Shown here: in pieces, positions 28,461-47,490 of the stretch
Layout of the letters: each line of letters opens with the position of its first letter
Position numbering within the stretch: the stretch's first letter is position 1
Source of the DNA: the human T2T-CHM13v2.0 reference genome, Homo sapiens
NCBI RefSeq assembly: GCF_009914755.1
Contig: NC_060931.1
DNA length: 64,000 nucleotides
Reading direction: 5' to 3' (one strand)
Notes under the pieces: generated by a model
Seen by the model: only the letters and a program-made list of their open reading frames with translations
What the model was told of the DNA's origin: nothing
The model's database searches: none
Made by a program: the position numbers and the translations under genes

Positions 28461-28736
<276 letters not shown>

Positions 28737-29710
28737 TTACAGTCTGCTTTAAATTTATATAGATTATGGCCAATCATGAATCAGCTTGCAAGACAATGCC
28801 TATTTATGTGTAGGTTTTTTGAACAGTCTTTGTCCATATTTATAGTGGAAAAGATGTTGGGCTTAGGAAGCAATACATCAGCCCAGACAAAGAGCTGAAA
28901 AGAGGCCTTAGAAATCAACTGTTAGGACTTCTGCTATAGGACAAGATGGAGAAAGCCCACGAAAGCCTTTCTCTCTGCACAGATTACAATGAGAAATTTT
29001 GAGACAGCTGGGCGCAGTGGCTCACACCTGTAATCCCAGCACTTTGGGAGGCTGAGGCGGCGGATCACCTGAGGTCAGGAGTTCAAGACAAGCCTGGCCA
29101 ACATGGAGAAACCCCATCTCTACTAAAAATACAGAAATTAGCGCTGGTGGCATGCACCTGTAATCCCAGCTACTCAGGAGGCTGAGGTGGGAGAATCACT
29201 TGAACCCAGGAGGCAGTGGTTGCAGTGAGCCGAGACTGTGCCAATGCCCTCCAGCCTGGGCAACAGAGCGAGACTCCGTCTCAAAAAAAAAAAAAGAAAA
29301 AAAAGAAGAAGAAATCTCCAGACAAAATACACAAAAATATACCTGAGGACTCTGAAAAGCAAATTAAAAGCAGGTGGCCTGGGAGGGAAACAAAACCTGA
29401 GAACCATTTGGGGTGGAGGATGAATCTGAGTTTCTTGGGGCTTTTTTCCCTCTTTTCTCTCAGGGCCTCAATCCTGGTGCAGCTGTGGTGGCCTCTATAG
29501 AAAGCTCCAACTCCAGGAGAAACCCAATCTTTCTGGCCAGGGAACTGAGAAAGGCTGGAGACCTGGGAGGAGCTCACAACTCAAGGGCAGCCCCCAACAC
29601 AGGGACCAGCAGCAGGCATAGCCCGGAAGGGAGCCCTTGCTCTCCAAAGTGCCCAAGAGTCATTTTTTCCTTTTCCACTTTCCCTGCTCTGCTCCAAGGA
29701 CAGCTCTAGT

Positions 29711-29851
29711 AACAACCACACACAGGCAGGCAGGTAAACCTTTGAGAGACACTGGGAACAACCACACCTAGGCAGGCAGGTAAACCTTTGAGAGACATTC
29801 AGAACAACCACAAACAGACGGGCAGGCAAACCTTTGAGAGAAACTCAGAAC
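29711..29851 (+). repeat. Minisatellite, 3 x 46 bp
   Basis: Unit aacaaccacacacaggcaggcaggtaaacctttgagagacactggg, starting at 29711, 29757 and 29803. Confidence 0.88.
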
Positions 29852-31081
29852 TTGTGGCTAGAGGACCAAAAAAGGGATCTCATGTGAACCAGAGTACGAG
29901 CGGGGGAGTCCCAGAGAGGAGAGCTAGAGAAGGGGACTCCTCCAAACTTGAATATCAATCAACACAAATCCTAGGTTCACCTGAGCTATTTATGTGCAGA
30001 ACAGCACCAAAACAGCAAGCATGGAACAGACCCAGAACAGCAAAGACCCCGAGTGAGAAGGGAGCAAGTTCCACCGCCAGTCCAGTCCCATATGCAAAGA
30101 CTCAGAGTGGCAGGGCAAAGGTTTCAAAAACCAAATGACACTGAAATCCTTGCCCCGACTTGAAGTCCGAACCTAATTGGATTGACAGTCTCCTAAAACA
30201 CAAACCAGAGGCTTTTAACAGGACCCAGAGTCCAAACAATATAATACTCAAATGCCCAGGATACAATCTACAATTACCTCGACCACGAAAATATGACTCA
30301 TTCTCCAGGGAAAAGGTAATCAACAGATGCCAAGCCCATGATGACCCAGATGTTAAAATTATCAAGATTCTGCTACTATAACAACCGGTGGTAAAAGTAA
30401 ACATTCCTGAAATGAATGGAACAATACTAGTTCTCAGGAAAGAACAGAAGTTATAACAAATAACCAAATGGAAACTTTAGAACTGAAAAATACCTGAAAT
30501 GAAAAATTCACTGGTAGGCTTGATAACGGAAGATGCCAGAACAATCTGTGTGTATACAGACAGATCAACAGAAATTATCCCGTTAAGACTTTGAGGCTGC
30601 AGTGAGCCTGATCGCGCCACCGCACTTCAGCTTGGGCAACAGAGTGAAACCCTGTCTCTATTTAAAAAGAGACAGAAAAAAAGAGAGAAATTATTCCATT
30701 TGAAATATAATTTTTTTTAAAAAAAGGAACAGAACCACAGAAACCTGTACAGCAGCATCAGAGGTCTACCAATCACCCAGGAGTGATTGGGTGATTGGAG
30801 TCTCTCTCTGTCACCCAGGCTGGAGGGCAGTGACACAGTCTCAGCTCACTGTGTTTTTGGAATTCAAGAAAAGGAGGAGAAAGAGTTTGGGACAGAAAAA
30901 TATTTCAAGAATAGTTAAAAACTTCACAAATTTAGTAAGAAACATAAATTTACATAATCAAGAAGCTCAGTAAAGATAAATTGGGGAAAAAATGCTGAAA
31001 TATATCATTATCAAATTATTGCAGACCAAAGACTTGAACAATCTTTTTTCAAATTTAATTTTATTTAAAAAAAATTTCCTT

Positions 31082-31129
31082 AGGCTAGTCAAGTGAAGCA
31101 GTGGGAGTAGAGAGGGAATACAAAAATCT
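31082..31129 (-). pseudogene. 5'-truncated Y3 RNA (RNY3) retrocopy
   Basis: aggctagtcaagtgaagcagtgggagtagagagggaa is the reverse complement of the hY3 3' half (...CTCCCACTGCTTCACTTGACTAGCCT). Decayed A/T tail at ~31045-31081; possible TSD aa(c/a)aatctt. Confidence 0.8.
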
Positions 31130-31240
31130 TAAAAGCAGCCAGAGGAAAATGACACATTAGGGTTAGGGTGATAGCAGATTTTTAAAAACTTTTTTTCAAT
31201 TAATTATTATTATTATTATTATTTTCTTTTTTTGAGATAG

Positions 31241-31411
<171 letters not shown>

Positions 31412-31720
31412 TAATCGTGTTAGCCAGGATTGTCTCGATCTCCTGACCTTGTGATCCGCCCTCCTCAGCCTCCCAAAGTGCTGGGATTACAGGCATAAGC
31501 CACCACGACCGGCCCCCATCTCTATTTTTTAAAAAATAATTAATTGGGCCAGGCGCGGTGGCTCATGTCTGTAACCCCAGCACTTTGGGAGGTCGAAGCG
31601 GGTGGATCATGAGGTCAGGAAATCAAGACCATCCTGGCTAACACGGTGAAACCCATCTCTACTAAAAATACAAAAAATTAGCTGGGCGTGGTGGCGGGAG
31701 CCTGTAGTCCCAGCTACTCA

Positions 31721-31870
<150 letters not shown>

Positions 31871-32618
31871 TCAAACTCTTGGCCCCAAGTGATCCTCCTG
31901 CTTTGGTCTCCCAAAGTGTTGAGATTACAGGCATGAGCCACCACACCTGGCCTGATTACAGATTTCTAATCAGAAACTGTGACAGTCAGAAGTCACTGAA
32001 ATGACATCTTTAAAGTTCTGAAGGAAAAGACCAATCAACCCAGTGAAATTATCCTTCAGGAATGAAAGAAACTAATTACATTCTTGGCTGGCGCTGTGGC
32101 TCACACCTGTAATCCCAGCACTTTGGGAGGCCGAGGCAGGCGGATCACAAGGTCAGGAGATCGAGACCATCCTGGCTAACACGGTGAAATCCGGTCTCTA
32201 CTAAAAATACAAAAAATTAGCCAGGTGTGGCGGCGGGCGCCTGTAGTCCCAGCCACCTGGGAGACTGAGGCAGCAGAATGGCGTGAACCCAGGAGGCGGA
32301 GCTTGCAGTGAACCGAGATTGCACCACTGTATTCCAGCCTGGGCGACAGAGAGTGAAAGAAATGATGACATCTTGGGTAGACATAAAAGACTATTTTTGT
32401 TATCTTAAGTTCTTTAAAATATGTAAGAATATAGAAAGTAAATAGGCCAGGCACGGTGGCTCACGCCTGTAATCCCAGCACTTTGGGACGCAGAGGTGGG
32501 CAGATCACGAGGTCAGCAGATCGAGACCATCCTGGCAAACATGGTGAAACCCTGTCTCTACTAAAAATATAAAAATTAGCTTGGCGTGGTGGCACATGCC
32601 TGTAATCCCAGCTACTCA

Positions 32619-32759
<141 letters not shown>

Positions 32760-33736
32760 TTAAAACACTACTAACAGTACCTAGATTTTATGTTTCAATG
32801 TATGTAGATTATATGTTATAAATACAACAACTATAATGTAAAGAGACTTATATACATTTACTAACTGGTCAAATATTAACTCTGGACTATAAATGGTCAG
32901 GCATGCATATTATTATCCTTACAGTAACTACTAAAAATAAAAATAAACAAAAAAGATACAGCCAAAAGACTACAAATCTTTTTAGATTTATAGATACAGA
33001 AAAAGCAAGTGACAAGATTCAACACCCAATCTCAGCAATTTGAACTTCGTAAACCTGTTGAAGGACATCCATAGAAAACCTACACTAACATCATACTTAA
33101 TGGTAAAGGACTGACTGTTTCCCTTGAGATCAGGGACAAGATGAGGATGTCTGCTCTCACCACTCCTACTCAACATCGTCCTGTAGGCCCCAGCTGGGGC
33201 AATGAAATAAGAAAAAGAAAAGACATACAGATGAGAAAGAAATAAAACTCTATTTGCAGACAACATGACTGTCAGCATAGAAAATCCTAAAGAATAAACT
33301 AAAAAAGTTCCTGGAACTAATAAGTGTATTTAGCAAGGCTGGAGGGCATAAGATCAATATAAATTCAGCTATATTTCTATATCAGCAATCAAGAACTGGA
33401 AATGAGCACCATTTATAATAGCACCCAAAATTATAAAATAGGTATAAATTTTAAAAAATTTGTGCAGAACCTGTACGCTACACTGTTTTCATGGACTGGA
33501 AGGCTCACTATTGTTGTTGTTTTTTTTAACCTTTGACTGATCTTAAATTATTCATATTGTTGGCCGGGCGCAGTGGCTTACGCCTATAATCCCAGCACTT
33601 TGGGAGGCCGAGGCGGGCAGATCACGAGGTCAGGAGATCGAGACCATCCTGGCTAACACAGTGAAACCCCATCTCTACTAAAAATACAAAAAATTAGCCG
33701 GGCGTGGTGGCAGGCACCTGTAGTCCCAGCTACTCA

Positions 33737-33904
<168 letters not shown>

Positions 33905-34206
33905 TCAATTCTCTGCCAAAACTGACCTATAGATATAACACAATCCCAATCAGAATCTCAGTAGGATTTGTTGCAGGTATCAACAAGTCAATTCAAAAAT
34001 GTTACATAGGCCGGGCACGATGGCTCATGCCTGTAATCCTAGCACTTTGAGAGGTCGAGGCAGGGGGATCACCTGAGGTCAGGAGTTCAAGACCAGCCTG
34101 GCCAACACGGCGAAACCCCATCTCTACTAAAAATACAAAAATTGGCCGGGTGCAGTGGCTCACGCCTGTAATCCCAGCACTTTTGGAGGCTGAGGCCGGC
34201 AGATCA

Positions 34207-34398
<192 letters not shown>

Positions 34399-35445
34399 CT
34401 AGGTGACAGAGCGAGACTCCATCTCAAAACAACAATAACAACAACAATAGAAATTGTGAAAGATGACACAAACAAATGGAAGCACATCCATTGAAGACTT
34501 CCTAATATTAAGATGTCAATACTACCTAAAGTGATTGATATATTATTCAATGCAATCCCTATCAAAATCTCAATGGTAGGCCGGGCACGGTGGCTCACAC
34601 CTGTAATCCCAGCACTTTGGGAGGCCAAGGTAGATGGATCACGAGGTCAGGAATTCGAGACCAGCCCGGACAACATAGTGAAACCCCATCTCTACTAAAA
34701 ATAAAAAAATTAGCCATGGTGGCACATGAACTCGGGAAGTAGAGGTTGCAGTGAGCCAAGATCACGCCATTATACTACAGCCTAGGTGACAGAGCGAGAT
34801 TCTGTCTCAAAAAAAAAAAAAAAAAAAAAAAAACCTCATTGGCATTTTTCTCAGAAATAGGGAAATCCATCCTAAAATTCATATGAAATCCAAAGGGACC
34901 CCAAGTAGCTAAAACAATTTTGAAAAAGAAAAATAAAGTCTGAGTAGTCATACTTCCCAATTTCAAAACTTCTTGTAAAGCTATAGCAATCAAAATAGTG
35001 TAGTATTAGCAGAGAAACAGATATACAGACCAACAGAGTAGAGAGCCCAGAAAGAAAACACTTGCATATATGGTCAAATAATTTTGATAAGGAGACTAAG
35101 ACCATTCAAGAGAGATGGATCATCTTTTCAGCAAATGGTACTAGAAAAACTGGATATTCACATGCAAAGGAAAGAAGGTGGATCCTTACCTTATGCTATA
35201 TACAAAAATTAACTGAAAATGGATAAATATTTGCAGTGATAAGTATGCTAATTACCTTAATTTGAGCATTAAATATTATATACATATCAAAATATGACTT
35301 TATATGCCATAAATATGCACAATTATGTCAATTAAATCTTTTAATTTAAAATTCTTTTTAATTTTTAAATAGAGGATCAAATACTTAAACATAAGACTAA
35401 AACAATAAACTTCTTAGAAGAAAGCATACAGAAAACGCTTCATGA

Positions 35446-35682
<237 letters not shown>

Positions 35683-36845
35683 TGAGAACTCAGGTGATCC
35701 GCTCACCTCGGCCTCCCAAAGTGCTGGGATTACAGGCATGAGCCACCGTGCCTAGCCATGACACTGAATTTGATAATAGTTTATTGGATTTCTGACATCA
35801 AATGCACAAGTAACAAAAGAAAAGCGACAAATTGGACTTCATTTAAAAACTTTGTGCACCACAGGACTCTTACCAACAGAGTAAAAAGACAACCCACAGA
35901 ATGGGAGAAAATATTTGCAAACCATATATCTACAAAAGGATTAATATCCAGAATATATATAAAATTCCTAAAACTGAACCAAAAAAACCTCATTCGAATT
36001 TGGAAAAAGGACCAGGTGTGGTGGCTCACATCTGTAATCCCTTTGAAAGGCTAAGGTGGGTGGATCAGTTGAGCCTAGGAATTTGAGGCCAGCCCAGGGA
36101 ATGTGGAGAAACCCTGTCTGTACAAAAAATACAAAAATTAAGTGGGCATGGTGGTGGCATGCCTGTAGTCCCAGCTACTGAGGAGGCTCACCTGAGCCTG
36201 GGAAGGTCAAGGCTGCAGTGAGCCAAGATAGCACTATTGTACTTCAACCTGGGCATCAGAGTGGGACCCTGTCTCAAAAACAAAAAGAGGGAAAATGACT
36301 GGAATAGATATTCTCCAAAGAAGACATACAAATGGCTAATAAGCATGTAAAACCATGCTCAGCATCACTTATCATTACGGAAATGCAAAATAAAACCACA
36401 ATAAGAGACTACTTCACACTTCATAGATGCTAGAGGGAGGGAGGAAAGAAGGAAGGAAATAAATGAGAAAAGTTGGCAGGGATGTGGAGAAATTGGAACT
36501 CTAGTGTACTGTTGTTAGGACTGTAAAATGGTGTAGCCAACAGAAAAAAATAGTATGGTAGTTCCGCAAAAAAGTTAAAAACAAAAATATTATATGATGT
36601 ATCAATTTCACTTCTGTGTACCCAAAGAACTGAAAGCAGGGTCTCACAGAGATATCTGAGCCCCCATGCTCATAGCAGCATTATTCACCATAGCCAAAAG
36701 GTGGAAGGAAGTATCCATCAATGGATGTTAGAAAATCAAACTGTGGGCCAGGCGCAGTGGCTCACACCTGTAATTCCAACACTTTGGGAGGCCGACACGG
36801 ATGGATCACTTGAGGTCGGGAGCTCAAAAATAAGCCTGACCATCA

Positions 36846-37070
<225 letters not shown>

Positions 37071-37136
37071 TTACATATAAAATGGAATATTACTCAGCCA
37101 TACAAAGGAAGGAAGTTCTCATACATTATTTTTTGA

Positions 37137-37429
<293 letters not shown>

Positions 37430-38043
37430 TAAATGATATAAGGACAAATACTGTGCGATCCCATTTACATGCAGTACTAAGTATAGTCAAATTCATGAAG
37501 ACAGAAAATAGAATGGTCGTTGCCAGGGGCTAGGAGGAGGGGAGAATGGGTAATTTATTGATTACTGGGCACAGAGTTTCAGTTTTGCAAGATAAAATGT
37601 TCTGTGGATAGATGGCAATGATTGTACAATGTGAATTTACTTAATGCCACTGAACTGCACACTTCAATTGTTAAAATAATTTTAAAAATTAAACATTCAG
37701 ATATGACTTAAAAAAAAGAAAAAAACACCGTATGGTTCCACTTGTATGAGGGAGTCAAACTCATAGAAACAAAAACCAGAACGGTGGCTGCCAGGGACAG
37801 AGGAGAAGCAAGTGCAGAATTGTTTAAGGGATACAGAATTTCAGTTTTGCAAACTGAAAAGGTCTGCATATTGGTTGCAACAATTGAACTGTACACTTAG
37901 AAATGGTTAAAATGGTAATTTTTTTTGAGACAGAGTCTTGCTCTATCACCCAGGCTGGAGTGCAGTAGCGCAATCTTGGCTAACTACAACCTCCCAGGTT
38001 CGAGCAATTCTCCTACCTCAGCCTCCCGAGTAGCTGGGATTAG

Positions 38044-38408
<365 letters not shown>

Positions 38409-39285
38409 TAGTAGAGACAGGGTTTCTCCATGTTAGTCAGGCTGGTCTCGAATTCCCAACCTCAGGTGACCCGCCTGCCTCGGGCTCCCAAAGAAATGGG
38501 ATTACAGGCATGAGCCACGGTGCCCGGCTATGTTATGTGTATTTTACTACAGTTTTTAAAAAATGTTATACACCAGTACAGAAGATACACATGGAAGATT
38601 TGCACACACACACGGAAGATGTTTTGTCTTCAGAGTTCACTTGGAGAAAGAGGGTGGGAGAAGTGCATTTAGTTCGTGGATTGTACCACCTGTGTGCCTG
38701 ATGTAACACCAAATGGGTCCTCCAAAAGAAAGTTACTGATTATTCTAAGTGAAATGACAAAAGCTTTTGAAATTTATCAGCTCTAGAACTGACTCTAAAA
38801 AACTTGGGCTAGTTTTTTTCTCCTCTAAACTCTTGATCTATGATGTTTTCGATTTTAATAGGTTGAACTCATTCCAGACCAAGAAAAGGAACTGGACACT
38901 ACAAGAACTCACAGAATATGATCAAGCCACTTTTGCCTCAAGCAAACACAAACATCAAAGGACTTCATTGATCAATTTTATAAAAAGTACTTTAACTTGT
39001 CAACCCTACTTTTCATCCAATTTGGTCTGAATTCTGGGAGTGGGGGTGATGGGATAGGTCATACAAACTGGAACTCCAAGAAAAGATTTTTAAAACCCCA
39101 TTAAGTTTTGTTCCTTACTCTAGAAGGGTCCCTATGTCTAACGTTTAATTGTTTCATCTACAATACTATAATCCTCCTTTAAATCCAAACTCAGCTGAAT
39201 ATCAATACACGGTTGCTACGAATGGCTTTCCTCAGCTATCATTTCACCATGTGTCACTCTCTTCCTACTTAAGAGGTTAACTTAC

Positions 39286-39380
39286 TTGGTCAACTTGTGG
39301 CTTTTCATTGCTGTGAGAAATTCTCTGACAATCTCAGGACTCTGGTGCCTGCACAGTGTTTTTGATATGTATTTTCACGT
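39286..39380 (-). pseudogene. CRCP (pseudogene copy): CRCP pseudogene exon 4 (95 nt) with premature TGA at 39377-39375
   Basis: ttttttctttttccag|ACG TGA AAA TAC ATA TCA...AAG TTG ACC AA|gtaagt = T*KYISKTLCRHQSPEIVREFLTAMKSHKLT. Confidence 0.94.
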
Positions 39381-39551
39381 CTGGAAAAAGAAAAAAGCCA
39401 AACATAACACAAAGAACCCTGAATGAGAAAAAGGAAACGCAATGGCTGTAATTAAAATTCTAAAATTTTGTTTTAAAAATCCTGTACAAGCCGGGTACAG
39501 TGGCTCACACCTGTAATTCCAGCACTTTGGGAGGCCAAGGTGGCCAGACTA

Positions 39552-42099
<2,548 letters not shown>

Positions 42100-42647
42100 T
42101 CATGATTACACAGAATTTGTGGCTTTTGAAGAAGAATACAGATATAATTTGAGAGGAATTATAATTACATATTTTGGGAAGAATCTGAAACTTGAAAAAT
42201 AAACAATAGCCTTAAGTGTCTAAGTCCCCAGCACTTTGGAAAGATGCGGTGAGAAGATCCCTTGAGCCCAGGGATTCAAGACCACCCTGGACAACAACAA
42301 AAAAATTAGCCAGGCATGGCAGTGCATACCCATATTCCCAGCTACTTGGGAAGCTGAGCTCGGAGCACCACTTGAGCCTGGGAGGTTGAGGCTGCAGTGA
42401 GCAGTGATTCCCTTTCAAGGAGAAGTGAGAGCAATCTTTTAGACTATTCCTTCTAACTTTGTAGCTGGCTAAACACTACACTTGACCAAACTCCTCCCAC
42501 TTTTATAAACAGAATAAAAATCAGGTTACAGTAAAAGTATTCAAATCAGATAAAAGGCGATCTTGATTTCAGCAGCCAGTCGTTGGGAGAATAAACCCCC
42601 CTCCCTCAATGGTACTTTAGGTAGGCCTGGCAGAAGCCCAGCCTTAC

Positions 42648-42746
42648 TTCATAGGTGATAGTGTTCAAGTTCTGTTGCCCAGAGCTGTGTTTATTCTTTC
42701 CACTTTCTTTACGCTGCTCTTTCAGATCAGTTAGTAAATGAAACAC
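42648..42746 (-). pseudogene. CRCP (pseudogene copy): CRCP pseudogene exon 3 (99 nt), acceptor is GG instead of AG
   Basis: cttctcctgg|GTGTTTCATTTACTAACTGATCTG...ATCACCTATGAA|gtaagg = VFHLLTDLKEQRKESGKNKHSSGQQNLNTITYE. Confidence 0.94.
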
Positions 42747-43081
42747 CCAGGAGAAGATACACAAAAGAAGTTTATGAATAAATTTGAGAAATATATCTAT
42801 CTAAGGTCAGTGGTTTTGAAGGATAAACAGGAAACTGTAGTACTTCCTTTCACCCGCCCATTACGCAGCTTCCAATTCTTGGATTTGAGCAAATATGAGT
42901 CCCAGAGGCATATGACATTAAAAAAATGCTCTTTTATATAAGCCAAATAATCCAAATTCATTAATTTACCTAAAATATTTCAAATATGGCCAGGTGCGGT
43001 GCCTCATGCCTGTAATCCCAGCACTTTGGGAGGCTGAGGCGGGCGGATCATGAGGTCAGGAGATCAAGACCATCCTGGCTA

Positions 43082-43297
<216 letters not shown>

Positions 43298-43484
43298 CTA
43301 TGAATATACACATCACTAATCTCCTCTGATCTCAAAAATATACTATTTGAAAGCAAATTTTCTTAAAACAAATATTTTGTTAAAAAAGAATTCTGCTTCT
43401 CTAGTATAAAAATCTAACATAGGCCAGGTGCAGTGGTGCACACCTTTAATCCCAGCACTTTGGGAGGCCAAGGCAGGCGGATCA

Positions 43485-43908
<424 letters not shown>

Positions 43909-45588
43909 TTAGAGATTCTACCACAGAAGTGAAGAAAATGCAGGCTCACACACCATCACTAAATACAATGCGACCCCTCTCATCTGCTGTTCCTTTCAGA
44001 AATAGTGGCATGAGATCAATGAATGCAATGTTTCCCCAATGGATAAAACACCCAAACGCCTAGCAAAGTCCAAACTGGACAAGGAGGCTCCTAAAAGCCA
44101 AAGGCTTGGCCAAAAACCATTCAACCATTTCCTTCCTGTTCTAAGCTGCAACCACTTGAGACTGAGCCTTTAGAGAGGAAAGAATATGGCCAACTCTGTT
44201 TATTCTACTACCTTCTTTTCTTTTGGGGGGATGTGGAAGGGAGGCGGTTTCTTTCTTTTTGCTGTCTTCCACTCTGGGAGCTTTTTTTAGGGGACAGGGT
44301 CCCAAAGGCTGTCTCCCAGGCTAGAGTACAGTGGTCATCACTGTAACCTCAAACTCCTGGGCTGAAGCAAACCTCCCCTCTGCCTTCCAAGTAGCTAGGA
44401 CCATAGTAGGTGTTTGCTACCATGCCCAGCTAATTTATTTTTTTAAGAGCTGGGGGTCTTGCTAGGTTTCCCAGGCTGATCTCTAACTCATAGCCTCAAG
44501 CAGTCTTCTCTCCTTGGCCTTCCAAAGTGCTGAGATTACAGGCATGAGCCACAGCACTTAAGCTACTACCTTCTAGACCTCCTCTGAGTCTTCCTGAGTT
44601 TAGACTCTAGCACATGGAAAATTCACAGTCAAGGTATAAATGGTTCTTTCTACACCTGGAGTGAGCCTATCAGATGGTTTTGCTAGTGCCAAATAGGAGG
44701 CAAAAATGCTGGAATATCTTCCGTCTTACCAATCTTTTTCCTTCTTTTCCTTTCCCTGGGAACCCCACCCTAGGCCCCAAAAATTATAAATTTGTTAATT
44801 TCTACTATTCAGAAAGGTGAGTCAACTAAACTCACTTTCAAAATAACAATGTTAATACCCAAAAGACTATTTGAAGATTAAAATAACAATGTATAAAAGC
44901 ATTATAAATATATAAATATATCAAGGGTGATAATTAGGAAAAAGCATAAATATTTCAATGGGAAATTTTGCAGAAACAGCTCTAAAATAGATGCTTCTAT
45001 CCTATGACTACATCCCAAATGATTATCTAGAATCTTTGAGATTTACTGAAATTTGCCTGCTCTGAATTAGAGTCTTCCCAGCTTCCCTGAAGTACTACGT
45101 ATACGTATAACATATAAAGCTTAGACTATTCCAAGGTCCACTAGATGGTGCCACATGTCTTGTTTTGAAGTGGAAAATTCAACTACATCCTTTTTTTTTT
45201 TTTTTTTTTTGGAGACAGAGCCTGGCTCTATTGCCCAGGCTGGAGTGCAGTGGCGTGATCTTGGCTCATTGCAACCTCCCCGTCCCAGGTTCAAGTGATC
45301 CTCCTACCTCAGTTGGGATCCCAAGGAGCTGGGACTACAGGCACGTGCCACCACAGCTGGCTAATTTTTGTATTTTTAGTAAAGATGGGGTTACACCATG
45401 TTGACCAGCCTGGTTTCGAACTCCTGACCTCAAGTGATCCATCTGCCTCAGCCTCCCAAAGTGCTGGGATTATAGGCGTGAGCCATTGCACCTAGTCTGA
45501 ATTCAGTCATTTCTAACCAAAATCAATTCAACAATCTTACAAGCAAAGGGCAAATTATCAGAGAGGAAAATGTAACAGTTCAATTTAC

Positions 45589-45625
45589 CACGTAGTTACT
45601 GAGAAGCGCAGAATCGACATCCTTC
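45589..45625 (-). pseudogene. CRCP (pseudogene copy): CRCP pseudogene exon 2 (37 nt), splice sites intact
   Basis: ttttctttttcag|G AAG GAT GTC GAT TCT GCG CTT CTC AGT AAC TAC GTG|gtaaat = KDVDSALLSNYV versus KDANSALLSNYE. 8+37 nt gives 15 codons. Confidence 0.92.
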
Positions 45626-45797
45626 CTGAAAAAGAAAAGTAAGTTATCAGTCTGGGCTCACACCCCTTTCTGGGTATCAAATATCTGTAAAAGAATTCCC
45701 ATCTGCCGGGCGCTGTGGCTCACACCTGTAATCCCAGCACTTTGGGAGGCCAAGACGGGCGAATCACATGGTCAGGAGATTGAGACCATCCTGGCTA

Positions 45798-46085
<288 letters not shown>

Positions 46086-46155
46086 TCATGAGGTCAGGAA
46101 ATCAAGACCATCCTGGCTATCATGGTGAAACCCCGTTTCTACAATCAATCAATCA

Positions 46156-46395
<240 letters not shown>

Positions 46396-46859
46396 CTACC
46401 ACCTAAAACTGAAACTGAGAAATGTCTTAAGTCCAACATGGTTTAGCTAGCTGTGGGCAATTTCAGAGCAGACTTGGGAACAAAGTGCTGTCCCATCCAA
46501 CAGCCATGTCCTCTCCCCATTATTATCTGCCTCCCATCAGCTATTGACATCTTGGGCAGCCACGTCCTCCTGCTGAATCAACAGAAATGGCCCACTTAAC
46601 ACCAATGTCACCACTGGGAATTCCAGCCATGGGCAAGTATCCTGCCAAATATCCACCATGCTCCCAGGGTGTTCACCACCTACGTCAACTCAACAGGTAC
46701 AGTCAGGGTGGCAAGCAGTGGCCAAAAGCCTGGTTCCCTGTGTAACAGTTAATCCAGGCAATATGCCATCTTTCCTGAGTGAAGAAACAACAATGTGATG
46801 TATATTAAATCACAATCGATCCACTCTACAATAGCATATCAGAAAGCATTGTTTTCAGC

Positions 46860-47490
46860 AGTCTGCAGGCAGTGGAGTATGACAAAGAATATAGTTTTGA
46901 AATCAGATTTGGGTTCACATTCTAGCTCTGCCATTTATATGCTGTGAGAGTTTTAGTTAATTACTCCCTAAGTTTTCCTTCTAAACTAAAAATGGGATGA
47001 AACTAGTATCTAAAAGTGTGGCCTGGATTTCAATCCAGCTCTTGCATTCTTTGGCTATGTGAATCTGGGCAAGTTACTTAATCTCATTATGCTTAAATTT
47101 CCTATCTATCAAATGGCAATTATAGTATCAACCTTGTAAGACTGTTCACAGGGTTCACTGGAAACATGTAAAATACCCGGAACATATTAAGTGCTCAATA
47201 AGCACCAACGTTATCATTACTACTACCTGTGCAACTACCACTACCACCAGCTCCTCCTACCTCATCAAACTGTTATGATGAAGTGAGACAACAAATTTTA
47301 AAAGTTTAGCACAGTTCTTGGTACTTGTATTAACATCTCCATAATGGAAGGTTATTATTTTTAAAAGATATTATCTCAGTTAATTGTCATTAAAAACCCT
47401 ATGATGTAGAAGCTATTCGTATGATTCCTACTCTATAGACAGGAAGCCAAGGTTCAGAAATTAAATAACTTGCTCAAGGTCACACAGTAA
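46860..47490. mobile_element. MIR cluster
   Basis: gggcaagttacttaatctc...tttcctatctatcaaatgg; aaataacttgctcaaggtcacacag. Confidence 0.6.

Noticed and set aside
29711-29851. CRISPR-like array
   Set aside because: Eukaryotic context; contiguous tandem units without unique spacers; no cas genes.
29788-30467. 116-121 aa ORFs
   Set aside because: They lie in decayed L1M 5'UTR/ORF1 and minisatellite sequence.
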